Source of the DNA: Lentisphaerales bacterium
Lineage (GTDB): Bacteria > Verrucomicrobiota > Kiritimatiellia > SPBP01
Assembly (NCBI GenBank): GCA_032123355.1
Contig: JAQBFM010000100.1
Span: 3,944-67,943 of the forward strand
Length of the DNA stretch: 64,000 nt
Direction of reading: 5' to 3'
Program-made: the position numbers and the translations under genes
Shown: positions 38,314-47,378 of the stretch, one piece after another
Position numbering within the stretch: the stretch's first letter is position 1
How the letters are laid out: the number at the start of each line of letters is the position of its first letter
The notes under the pieces: generated by a model
Told to the model about the DNA's origin: nothing
Databases searched by the model: none
The model's input: only the letters and a program-made list of their open reading frames with translations

Positions 38314-39093
38314 CTATTCTTCAATGACCTCAACGTTTCTCAGATCCTTGATCAACTCCAGCGTAATGGCTTCCATTCTCAGGATGATTCTGTTCGCCTT
38401 GTTTCGGAATACGTAGAAAGCCGCTACCGCCGGGACGGCAATGGACAGGCCCGCCGCCGTGGTATAGAGCGCCTGCGAAATGCTGGCGGCCAGCACGCTG
38501 ATTACGGCTGCACCCATTTCGGCCAGGTTTGCGAACGCCATGATCATGCCCTGGACCGTGCCGAGCAGACCAAGCATGGGAGCCAGACTGCCTACGACCG
38601 AGAGATATGCGATTCTCTGCATCAATGTCTCGCTCTCGAGGTCAGCCGAGACACCAACCGCTTCCTGAATGGTCTCAAACCCTTCCTCAACATGACTGAA
38701 ACCGGCGGTCAGAATGTTCGCCATGGGACCCGGATCATCTTCACAACTGCTCAGTGCCTTGAGGATGTCGCCCTGCTCCATCGCCTCCGTCACCCGGTCG
38801 ACAAGGCCCTGCGGCATAATCTTGGTGGGCCGCACGGTGATTGAGCAATCGACAATGAACCATACGCATGCAAACAAGGAGCCGAATATGGCTATCCAAA
38901 GGATAACGCCAAGGAATCCGCTGCCTACGACGACCTGCCAGAATCCAACGCTGCTGCCGCTAGAAGGTCCTTCAGTTTCTTCGATTATAGGAGCCGACGC
39001 ATCGAGCTCAGGGCCCTGCGCCGATGCACTGTAAACACCCATTACTATCCCGGCAACAAGGAGTACCGACACCAGAAGAAGCCTCTTTCTCAT
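38314..39093 (-). CDS. exbB: MotA/TolQ/ExbB proton-channel protein
   Basis: Signal/TM N-terminus, three TM helices and the conserved C-terminal TolQ/ExbB block (LYTTAAGLSIAVPAVAAFYVFRN). Confidence 0.85.
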   Translation of the reverse strand: MRKRLLLVSVLLVAGIVMGVYSASAQGPELDASAPIIEETEGPSSGSSVGFWQVVVGSGFLGVILWIAIFGSLFACVWFIVDCSITVRPTKIMPQGLVDRVTEAMEQGDILKALSSCEDDPGPMANILTAGFSHVEEGFETIQEAVGVSADLESETLMQRIAYLSVVGSLAPMLGLLGTVQGMIMAFANLAEMGAAVISVLAASISQALYTTAAGLSIAVPAVAAFYVFRNKANRIILRMEAITLELIKDLRNVEVIEE

Positions 39094-39156
39094 TCGTCAA
39101 CCTTCCCCTTTCTTCTCTTCTATTATTACTTGGTAATCAGTCTGACTCAGACAACT

Positions 39157-39969
39157 TTATCCACTACGACTCTGCTTAGAATACAAACTTCCAGGGAACT
39201 CGTCCACCAGTCTTTGTCTAAATTTGTCGGCACGAGGATCCGACATCGATTTCAGCGTCTGCCACGCCTTGAACAGGGCCTCCGCCTGAACACCTCTCAC
39301 ATCCTTGAACAGGATAATGACCCGAAAATAGCCATCGATAAGGGCGTCCGTCTTCTTCCCCTCGTCAACGTACAGGTCGCCACGAACAATGTGGGCCGTC
39401 GCAGCTACCGGCCGACTGCCGTTCTCAATTGCATCGGTCAATGCTTTCTTAAGTCTCGCCGACTGCCGGTTCTCAAGCAGGGCCTTCCAGAAAAAGCCCT
39501 GCAGCGCATCGGGCACCGTGGAGGTGACCCTCTCGTAGTCGTCGCAGACCTTCATAATACCGGCGGTATTGTTGTCCTTGAGATAAGTCGGGAACACCAG
39601 GAGATACGCCTGGACGTCCCATACGAGCATCTTGTACTGGAACGCAATATTCTCCATGCCCCTTGTCGCTTCAGGGCTTGGCGATCCGCCCCTGAATTCC
39701 CGGGCATACTTGTCAAAATCCGACGGCTTCGGAATCCTTAGGCCCTCGATGTCCTTCCGAGCGATTGGAACAGGAGTATTGCCTATCATGACGTAGTACT
39801 GGTCTGACGCGCCACGATATGTGATCTTTTCACATTTCTTCCACGGCTCCCCGAATTTCTTGTAGGCATATTCGTTCCTCTGCGCCCAGGCGGAAACCGC
39901 AACGGTCAACGCCGCGATAACGAGGATGCCGCATGTAATCCGACTACTCATGCGTCTACTGGTTTTCAT
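39157..39969 (-). CDS. Hypothetical secreted protein (signal peptide), first gene of the exbB-exbD-exbD array
   Basis: Signal peptide ILVIAALTVAVSAWAQ; no recognisable domain. The exbB start follows 63 nt after its stop. Confidence 0.55.
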   Translation of the reverse strand: MKTSRRMSSRITCGILVIAALTVAVSAWAQRNEYAYKKFGEPWKKCEKITYRGASDQYYVMIGNTPVPIARKDIEGLRIPKPSDFDKYAREFRGGSPSPEATRGMENIAFQYKMLVWDVQAYLLVFPTYLKDNNTAGIMKVCDDYERVTSTVPDALQGFFWKALLENRQSARLKKALTDAIENGSRPVAATAHIVRGDLYVDEGKKTDALIDGYFRVIILFKDVRGVQAEALFKAWQTLKSMSDPRADKFRQRLVDEFPGSLYSKQSRSG

Positions 39970-40045
39970 GTGTATTTTCTCCCACCGCTCAATCCATGCC
40001 GGAATCCCCGGCCGGTCTTCTCAGTCTCCATTAAAGCAAGAAAGC

Positions 40046-43000
40046 CTATTCCTGCTCCTGATCATCGCCGTCCACCGCGACTTCATCGGTAGCCCGGGGC
40101 TCAGGTGATGCGCCACCATTCTTTCTGGCCTCTTCGATCCAAGCATTGGCTCTGTCTACATGCTTGCCGGCCGGGAACAGCTCCTTATACCGTTCTGCAT
40201 ACTCCATCACATCTGACCATCGACGAGCATCTATCTCTATGACCATCAGCTCTGGAAAAGCTTCTTCGACATATTGCTTCACTCCGGGCTTGGACACATC
40301 GGTCAGCACGAACAGACGGAACAGTGCCGCGTTGAGATCCTCACGGGCACGCTCGAGACCTTCCATGTCGTTATACGTCTCCGCCCCCTTGATCTTCAGT
40401 TTGTAGACTTTTACCGACTCCCACGCTATCTTGGCTTTCAACTCGTCCGCCTTGTCTTTCATGGGCGAATTGATGTCACGAGTGAACTTGTTCACCTTGT
40501 TGAGAGTCTTGATCGCCTCATTGAACAGATCGAAGCGGGCGCCTTTATCCTCCGTCTTTGCTCCGACTTCGGCATACGCATGGGCCAGCATGAAACATGC
40601 TTCGAGCGTATAGCCGCTCAAGGGGTACTTTTCGAGCAGCACCTTGAAGCTCTCGATCACGTCCGAGTACTTCTCGTCTGCGTAGTAGATCTTGCCCATG
40701 GCGAACAGGGAGTTCTCTATCACGCTCCGATCGGCAACGGGATCGGACGCCAGCTGGAGCGCCTGGGCATACAACTTTGCGGCAAGCTCGTTCTGTTTGT
40801 GCTCAAGCATCATGCCGGCAACATGAACAAACTGCCTGGCAGAGTATGCGTCGGGGTGGTCGAGCATGCCCATCACGGACTTCTTGGCCTCAGTAGCCAT
40901 GCCCATCTCCATCAGCGCCTCGATGCGGAGGAAATGCATGCTGCGGGCCTCTTCGCTGTCGGGGTATTGGCGACCGAGCGCTTCGAACGTCTTCGTGGCT
41001 CCTTTACTGTCTTCCAGGACCATTTCCAGGATGCCTTTTCTCAGGAGCGCGCCGGGCGACATCTTTGACTGCGGGTATTTCTCGACAAACTCGCCGAAGA
41101 ACTTGATGGCAGCAAGCTGGAAGTTCTTGACCACCCGTTCCGGCTCCTTGACCTGCGAACACGCGGCAGCCATGTTGAACAGCGTGGCTTCGAGAAGATC
41201 CTTGTTGCGCAGGATAACGGCGGGCTCCTCCTTCTTGGCATCGTCCTGTGAGCGGATCCAGTCGGCAACACGCCTGTATATTCTGACGGCCTCAGTCGGT
41301 TTGCCGGCCTTGGCAAGTGAATCCGCGATCCTGTATTCCGCGTATGCACGGGAGTAACCGGGCGGCGAAACCTTGACGAACTCACTGAGGGTCGCCAGTT
41401 CCTTTTCCCGTTCGTTCTTCTTGCCCCAGATATAGGCTATTCCGCTCAGGGCGGCGTCGTAGCCTTTGTGTTCCGGCTTCACCAACATGAAATACCCCAG
41501 CGCCTTGTCGAGGTCTCCCTGCTCGCGTATCCGGTTGGCACGGATGAGAACAACCGTGATCCATTTCGGATGGTTCGTAAAACTGTTTATGTAGTCCTCA
41601 TAAAGCTGGGCGCTCGCAGGCGCATCGCCGGCATCATCCCTGGCCTTTGCCAGAGACAGAATCGTGTTGCCCGCCGCCTCGGCGTAGCGGCGATTCTTCC
41701 GATACCGTTCAATGATGAAACCCGAAACGCTCCGGGCAAAGTCTTCTTCGCCCTGTTCAGCATAGCATTGGGCCAGGTCACCCATTATCTGGATGGCGCC
41801 TTCCGAGAAGTTGGCAAAAACTGACAGTATATCCTCGTACCGCGTCACCGCCGATTCATAGTCCCGCGCAAGCATAAGCGTTCTTGCCTCGCGCACCTGG
41901 ACCAGCATCGCGTCTTGGAGGCGCAGATCCTGGGGAACCCTGTAGATGATGTCGTGTCGGTCAAAGTAGTTGAAGATATCCTGCGCCTTGCGCCCGGCCT
42001 GGGGTGCCCACATCGTCGTCGGAAACCGCACAAACACATTGTAAAGATGCTGGGCCGCCTCCTGGAGCATCAGCATACCGTCTTTTTCCTGGCCCTTCTC
42101 GACCAGTTCCATGCCCGCTTCCATCTGTATGCTGCCGAGCAGGTACCGGCACTCGGCCATCGGAGTCAGCCTCATCATCTCCGGATCATTGAGTTTTTCG
42201 AGCTGCTGGTGAATCTGGGTCAGGATGGGGAGATAGTCGCGAATGATCTCCATGGCTTTCTCCGGCCCCTCCTCCAACAAGGCTATCTGCGCAATCACGA
42301 CCACAGTCTTGCCGAACCAGATGCCCTGATCCTTCCACTGAACCTTCTCGGCATATTCCTTGGCCTTCAGTATGAACTCACCCCTTTTCCCGCCCTCTGA
42401 GCCCATAGCGAGTTTCATGGCAAGTTGGGCCATCTCCGCCCATATCTGGAGCTCTTCGTCTGGGGTCGGCGCCGCCCTGAGCGCGTAACCGTAGGCGACT
42501 AAGGACTTCTCGTCTTCCATCATGAAGCGAAGCATCTGTGAATACTTGTAGGCGACAGACTTGTAGAATGCTTCCTGATCGTCCCCCGGACTGGTATATC
42601 TTCCGAAGAAATCGTCGTAAAGCTTCTGGCATTCCTTGTGCCGGCCAACCGCGTAGAAGGCATCCGCAGCATCCAGAGCAGATTGCCAGCTCTCAAAGGA
42701 ACTCAGCGACATTTCGCCGAGTACGGCCTTGGCCTCGTCATACTTCTTCTGATAGATCAGGCTCTTGATTTCCAGGCCTATTACGCGTTCCCGCCCACCT
42801 GGAATCCTTGCGATCTTGTCCGTTACCTGCTTGGCGTAGTCGGGGAAGCCGAGACGAATAAGGCCCGAAACATAGTCGTGCTCTTCCTGTATCCGCTGTT
42901 CGGGAGTCTTCTGGGCAAAACACAACCCCGCTGCCTGCAACGTCAGTAACAGGCAAGCGCCTAATCTCACAGCAGAACGTGGCAGTGGCAGAAAACACCT

Positions 43001-43078
43001 TGGTAGCATGTTCAACTGTTTATCCGAAAGCCCGTGTATGGTCAACATAAAAACTCCCGGTGCGTTCCTGCGTGGCAA
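40046..43078 (-). CDS. Large secreted TPR-repeat protein (~990 aa)
   Basis: Signal peptide (MLPRCFLPLPRSAVRLGACLLLTLQAAGLCFAQ; start probably the internal Met at ~43009), then TPR-like helical repeats throughout and an acidic C-terminus. Confidence 0.65.
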   Translation of the reverse strand: MPRRNAPGVFMLTIHGLSDKQLNMLPRCFLPLPRSAVRLGACLLLTLQAAGLCFAQKTPEQRIQEEHDYVSGLIRLGFPDYAKQVTDKIARIPGGRERVIGLEIKSLIYQKKYDEAKAVLGEMSLSSFESWQSALDAADAFYAVGRHKECQKLYDDFFGRYTSPGDDQEAFYKSVAYKYSQMLRFMMEDEKSLVAYGYALRAAPTPDEELQIWAEMAQLAMKLAMGSEGGKRGEFILKAKEYAEKVQWKDQGIWFGKTVVVIAQIALLEEGPEKAMEIIRDYLPILTQIHQQLEKLNDPEMMRLTPMAECRYLLGSIQMEAGMELVEKGQEKDGMLMLQEAAQHLYNVFVRFPTTMWAPQAGRKAQDIFNYFDRHDIIYRVPQDLRLQDAMLVQVREARTLMLARDYESAVTRYEDILSVFANFSEGAIQIMGDLAQCYAEQGEEDFARSVSGFIIERYRKNRRYAEAAGNTILSLAKARDDAGDAPASAQLYEDYINSFTNHPKWITVVLIRANRIREQGDLDKALGYFMLVKPEHKGYDAALSGIAYIWGKKNEREKELATLSEFVKVSPPGYSRAYAEYRIADSLAKAGKPTEAVRIYRRVADWIRSQDDAKKEEPAVILRNKDLLEATLFNMAAACSQVKEPERVVKNFQLAAIKFFGEFVEKYPQSKMSPGALLRKGILEMVLEDSKGATKTFEALGRQYPDSEEARSMHFLRIEALMEMGMATEAKKSVMGMLDHPDAYSARQFVHVAGMMLEHKQNELAAKLYAQALQLASDPVADRSVIENSLFAMGKIYYADEKYSDVIESFKVLLEKYPLSGYTLEACFMLAHAYAEVGAKTEDKGARFDLFNEAIKTLNKVNKFTRDINSPMKDKADELKAKIAWESVKVYKLKIKGAETYNDMEGLERAREDLNAALFRLFVLTDVSKPGVKQYVEEAFPELMVIEIDARRWSDVMEYAERYKELFPAGKHVDRANAWIEEARKNGGASPEPRATDEVAVDGDDQEQE

Positions 43079-43221
43079 GTTGAAGATTGATCCGATCCCT
43101 GTTCTTACTACGTTTTCCGGGCTGAACTTCTTTGGGAGCTACGCTGATCGATGTTGTTTGGCATCAAAATACGAGTGTGCTAAGATCACCATGGTTGACA
43201 ATGATGATCGGGCCGACTCAC

Positions 43222-43587
43222 ATGAATGCAATGAATCACTGCAGGTCCCAACGCCGAGCAGGCGGATTCACTCTTGTCGAAATAATGATCGTGGTCGGCA
43301 GCATCGGGCTCCTGTCAATGATGGCCGTGCCGGCCTTCATTCGCGCGCGTGACGAAAGCAAGGTGTCGCGTTTCATCAACGACATGCGCGTGGCTACCGA
43401 AGCCTTCCATCTCTACAACCTGGAGAACGGCGACTATCCGCCCGATGCTATGCACGGAGAAATGCCGGTGGGTATGGCGGGCTATCTGGCCAAGATGGAT
43501 GTGAATGGCGATTCCAGCATTAGCATACCCGGTCTCCGCTCCGCAGCCAGCCATGAGGCAATTGAAGCTCCCAGAGATCGGCCGTAA
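43222..43587 (+). CDS. Prepilin-type N-terminal cleavage/methylation domain protein (minor pseudopilin/T2SS GspG-like), 121 aa
   Basis: Leader MNAMNHCRSQRRAG, then the class III signal GFTLVEIMIVVGSIGLLSMMAVPAF with a Glu at +5. Confidence 0.65.
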   Translation: MNAMNHCRSQRRAGGFTLVEIMIVVGSIGLLSMMAVPAFIRARDESKVSRFINDMRVATEAFHLYNLENGDYPPDAMHGEMPVGMAGYLAKMDVNGDSSISIPGLRSAASHEAIEAPRDRP

Positions 43588-43715
43588 ACAACTGATAATG
43601 CCAACAATTTGACGAATTGTTTGCGGGACATGACCAAGAGGTCGCGACGAGAGGGCCTCGGCAATTGTTGGATTCCAGACCTCCTGACATAGGGGCATGA
43701 CATTTTGTCCGCTTT

Positions 43716-44543
43716 TCACCGTTTTCTGACCTCGGCAACGTCGTAGCGCAGGATCAGATTGGTGCCAGGAAACGTGGTCGCCGTCGCGTTCAGTTCACCG
43801 CAGAGCGTTGCGAGCACACGGGTGCGGTGCCGTGAACTCAGCGGTGCGACCAGAACCCGTAGTTCCGTCTCGCTCACCTCAATATCCGCCGCAGATGCGA
43901 GCGCCGACTGGACAAGCGTACGGCCCTCGTCCTCTGCGCGCTTGTAGTGTGGCGTGACCAGTCGAAAGAGGTCGCTCTCCACTTGATAGGCGACCATCTT
44001 CAGCAGACTGGTGAGGTGCATGCTCTCGGTAGCGAGTTTAACCACTGGCCCGGCAACAACCTGCCCGGCGGGGAACGGCTGCGCGTCGGAGTTCCAGTGT
44101 TTTGCAGCGCTTCACCGCTGCTCGGGCCTGCCGAAGCTGTCTGTTCAGCATGTTCCACTTTGGATTGGGAACTTCGCGCGCGGGATCGTCAGGTTCCGTC
44201 TCGTACTCGACAAGTGCATCTGCGCCACGTTCGTGGTGCGCAGCCCGAAAAACGCCGGACCGATGCTGCCGTAGACTTCATGGGCAGAGTCGATGACGTC
44301 ACTGGCAACTAACACGGGAATAGCCAGGAGCACTCCGGCGCCAGGAATCGACGTCCCCGGACGAAAGAGCTGAGCCGCGTCATCAAGTAAACCCAGGTAT
44401 GCCATGAGTCGGTCGAACCGGCGGTCCGACGGATCGCGGTCCATCGAGGCGATCAGCAGCAGGTCGGATAATGGAAAAACGGACAGTTTTGGGTCCGAGC
44501 CCTCGAAGCAGCGGGTGGGGCTTGTCACGGGAACTTCAAACAA
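43716..44543 (-). pseudogene. Frame-broken gene remnant(s); the N-terminal piece has an IDSxxxxYGS motif reminiscent of the first catalytic-D region of DDE transposases (identification tentative)
   Basis: Two same-strand ORFs in different frames (44543..44145 and 44045..43716), with competing short ORFs on the other strand. No RBS or start context, unlike the tightly packed genes elsewhere. Confidence 0.3.
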
Positions 44544-44786
44544 CCGTTTGGACCAATATCCACGGCCTGTGCGTGATAATGGAGGTGGAAACTGTCAGAG
44601 CGAAAAAGACGCCCTATGTCAGGAGGTCTGGAGTCAGGAAGGGCTGGCATGCACGTAATGAGGTCGCGGGTATCGTGCCGACGAAACTTACACCAGATGT
44701 TTCTGCGAACCAATGGGTTGAGCCATCTATTGCTGGCCCGTCCGGCTCACACGAAGACCGCATTCCCGCGGTTTCCTGACTCTCGA

Positions 44787-45644
44787 TCAGTACGCGCGAC
44801 GGCCATCCGGGTTCAGTATTGTTGCCGTAACGGTCATATCAGTGCTCCGCGGATTGCCCGCGCTGTCATAACCCACCAGGAACTTCTGGTAGAACTCACT
44901 GTCCCTTGCCAGACCGCCGATGTGAACGGTTGCACCATCCGCTACTGTCACGTGGGTTGATACACTCACGAACTGCAATCGCGTGGTTCCATTCTTCACG
45001 CGCACAACCATCTCGGGCGTCAGGGTCAGCGAAATCAGACGGCCGTTCCCGATAATCTTCGGCTCTACACGAAGCCACGAACCCGTCGCCCGAACAATTT
45101 CCTCCCTGTCGAAATCGCCCTGTCGAAAACCATAGTCTTTCAGCCAATCAAAGAACGGCACCTCGTGACCGATAACGAGACTTGCTTGCTTGCCATCCGC
45201 AACTACGACCGACTGCCCCGCCGCTGAACCGGAACTGGAGGAAAGATCATTCTTCACCTGCGGCCTGACCTTTATGCGATAGCCGGTGCCGTCCTGTTTG
45301 ACAATAACGCCACCAGTTCCGGTGATCGAGGCGCCGGAACTCTTCTGAGAGCCGACCCCTGTGACAGAGAAATCAATACGTATGTTGTGCGGTGGCGGAT
45401 CGATTTCTGCCAGCAGTGCAGCAACTCGTGTATGTGTTTCGGGGGTAGCGACAACCAGTATCTTCCCGCCCCCCCCTCCTTCTATCACGTTGCCGTATTC
45501 TGCCAGAACCGCAGTGACTGCCTTGAGAAGATCTTGCGTCTTCTCCTGGTTCAATGGGTAGGCTTTGAACGTCTGCGCCTGCTGGGCAAAGGCGGGCAGT
45601 GCCCACATCGCTAGAACTACTATCACTGCAACGGATCGTTTCAT
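44787..45644 (-). CDS. Secreted protein with weak secretin-N/STN-like N-terminal domain and Gly/Ser-rich linkers
   Basis: Signal peptide MKRSVAVIVVLAMWALPAFAQ; KILVVATPETHTRVAALLAEID resembles secretin N-domains. Contains a GGGGGK run and SSSSGSAAG. Confidence 0.35.
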   Translation of the reverse strand: MKRSVAVIVVLAMWALPAFAQQAQTFKAYPLNQEKTQDLLKAVTAVLAEYGNVIEGGGGGKILVVATPETHTRVAALLAEIDPPPHNIRIDFSVTGVGSQKSSGASITGTGGVIVKQDGTGYRIKVRPQVKNDLSSSSGSAAGQSVVVADGKQASLVIGHEVPFFDWLKDYGFRQGDFDREEIVRATGSWLRVEPKIIGNGRLISLTLTPEMVVRVKNGTTRLQFVSVSTHVTVADGATVHIGGLARDSEFYQKFLVGYDSAGNPRSTDMTVTATILNPDGRRAY

Positions 45645-45784
45645 GTATCCCTGTTGATACAAGTGTAGTCGGATCGGCATTCCTTTGCACTAAGAATCCC
45701 GACATGAGATGCGTTCTTATAGATGCAACACGCAAACACGGGAAGCGGCTGGCCGCCGTCCTGCAAAAAGAAAAGGAGGCGGCT

Positions 45785-47302
45785 ATGATAATAGGTAACC
45801 TGACGAGTCTGGTAACTTCTGAGGAGTCATGGTGTGCGAAGTTTCGGCGAATTCTTAGAGGTCTTCGCGCGCCTCGGGGTTCCGGTGACCACAAGTATGC
45901 CGTGACCGCCGTGCAGCGTATTATCGGTCCTTCATCGGCATCAACGTTCACATGTGCGATCGTGCTTCTGCTGCTGATTCTCTTCGTCGGAATTCACAGG
46001 GAAGTTCTGCCGCCAAGCATAGCGCCGGTAATCCTGCGTCAGGAAGTTCCACCGGAGCTCGATCGACCCGAACCACAAAAGATTGAAACAACACTGCCGG
46101 ATAATCACTTAGAGTATCTGACGGTAGATCTACCCTCCCAGTCCATCGCGGAGAACGCGGATGTTACAGACGTACCTGACGCAATGGCACGCGAGGCTGC
46201 GTTTGGCGAGACCTTTGATCAGGCGCTCGCATCATCAGACAGCGTGGCTATCCTTCAGAATCTGCGACGTGGTTCACGGACATCCAGAACCATCGGCCAG
46301 GCAGCGCACAAGGAGGGGTCTTCCGAAAGCCTGCCGGCAGTGCTTGCGGCCTTGCGCTGGCTGAAGGCAAACCAGTTGGAAGACGGGGCGTGGGCTGGGC
46401 CTTCAAAGACCGGAATGTGTGGGCTGGCTCTTTTGTGCTACATGGCACATGGCGAAACACCGGCATCTCCTGAATTCGGACGGACTGTTGAGAACGCGAT
46501 CCGGTACCTCCTATATGCTCAGGGCGAAGATGGCAGGTTCAAGGAAGCGGGCGATCACTATGTCTATGGACATGCGATTGCAGCGTATGCACTCGCGGAG
46601 TCTTACGGCATGACGAAGATGGTCATGCTCAAAGATCCGGTCGCAAAGGCGATCAAGGTGATCATCGACGGCCAGCAGGCGGGCGGCGCATGGAACTACG
46701 ACTATAGCAAAGCAGACCGAAGGGATATGTCGGTCACGGGCTGGCAGGTGCAGGCACTCAAGGCGGCCAAGCTGGCAGGTGCCTATATGGATGGGCTTGA
46801 GGAAGCCATCGAGAGAAGTGTTGCAGGCGTTAAGAGCTTTGCGCAGGCAGGCGGCGGGTTCGGCTATGACGATGTTGGAAACAGGCCGACGCTGACGGGT
46901 GCCGGCGCACTTTGCCTCCAGCTGGTGGGTCACGCGCAGGACGGAGCAGTGGTGTCCTCGCTGCAGGCATATTCCGACAAATTGCCGGCATGGGAGGCAG
47001 ATGACTTCGGGACATATGGCTGGTACTACATGACGCAGGCCAAGTTCCAGCACGGCGGCGTCATGTGGGATGAATGGAACAAGAACATGTTGCCGATGCT
47101 CATCGAGAATCAGGCTGATGACGGTCATTGGGCCAGCGGCACAACGCATCAAGCATGCGATGTCTATGACACGACCCTTGCCTGTCTGTGCCTGGAAGTC
47201 TACTACAGGCATCTGCCGACATACTGGAGAGTCGCAGAACTACAGGCGCAATTCGAAGCTGTGAAGGACGGCAAGGATATCGCGATAGAAGCGGCACTGT
47301 AA
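45785..47302 (+). CDS. Membrane-anchored prenyltransferase/squalene-oxidase-repeat (alpha/alpha-toroid) protein, copy 2 (inverted paralog of 35545..37053)
   Basis: Start MIIGNL... preceded by AAGGAGG. Same layout as copy 1 (EESWCAKFRRILRGLRAP head, TM CAIVLLLLILFVGI, linker, QxxDGxW repeats). ~90% aa identity to copy 1 over ~340 C-terminal residues and ~85% nt identity in the compared stretch. Confidence 0.7.
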   Translation: MIIGNLTSLVTSEESWCAKFRRILRGLRAPRGSGDHKYAVTAVQRIIGPSSASTFTCAIVLLLLILFVGIHREVLPPSIAPVILRQEVPPELDRPEPQKIETTLPDNHLEYLTVDLPSQSIAENADVTDVPDAMAREAAFGETFDQALASSDSVAILQNLRRGSRTSRTIGQAAHKEGSSESLPAVLAALRWLKANQLEDGAWAGPSKTGMCGLALLCYMAHGETPASPEFGRTVENAIRYLLYAQGEDGRFKEAGDHYVYGHAIAAYALAESYGMTKMVMLKDPVAKAIKVIIDGQQAGGAWNYDYSKADRRDMSVTGWQVQALKAAKLAGAYMDGLEEAIERSVAGVKSFAQAGGGFGYDDVGNRPTLTGAGALCLQLVGHAQDGAVVSSLQAYSDKLPAWEADDFGTYGWYYMTQAKFQHGGVMWDEWNKNMLPMLIENQADDGHWASGTTHQACDVYDTTLACLCLEVYYRHLPTYWRVAELQAQFEAVKDGKDIAIEAAL

Positions 47303-47337
47303 CCCGCAAGTTTCATGAGTGCAGCCGATTCCAGGCA

Positions 47338-47378
47338 AGGTGGGCCGAGCCGGGACGGCGCGGGCCACCTGTTTCAGT
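47338..47378 (+). terminator. Candidate intrinsic terminator downstream of toroid-protein copy 2
   Basis: Stem AGGTGGGCC ... GGGCCACCT (8/9 bp pairing, 15-nt loop) followed by TGTTTCAGTG, 35 nt after the stop. The U-tract is weak. Confidence 0.3.

Noticed and set aside
35545-47302. Possibility that the two toroid genes are a recent identical inverted repeat (e.g. composite transposon arms)
   Set aside because: Nucleotide comparison by eye of matching stretches shows only ~85% identity with many synonymous changes. They are old paralogs, not identical repeats, and no IS terminal repeats flank them.
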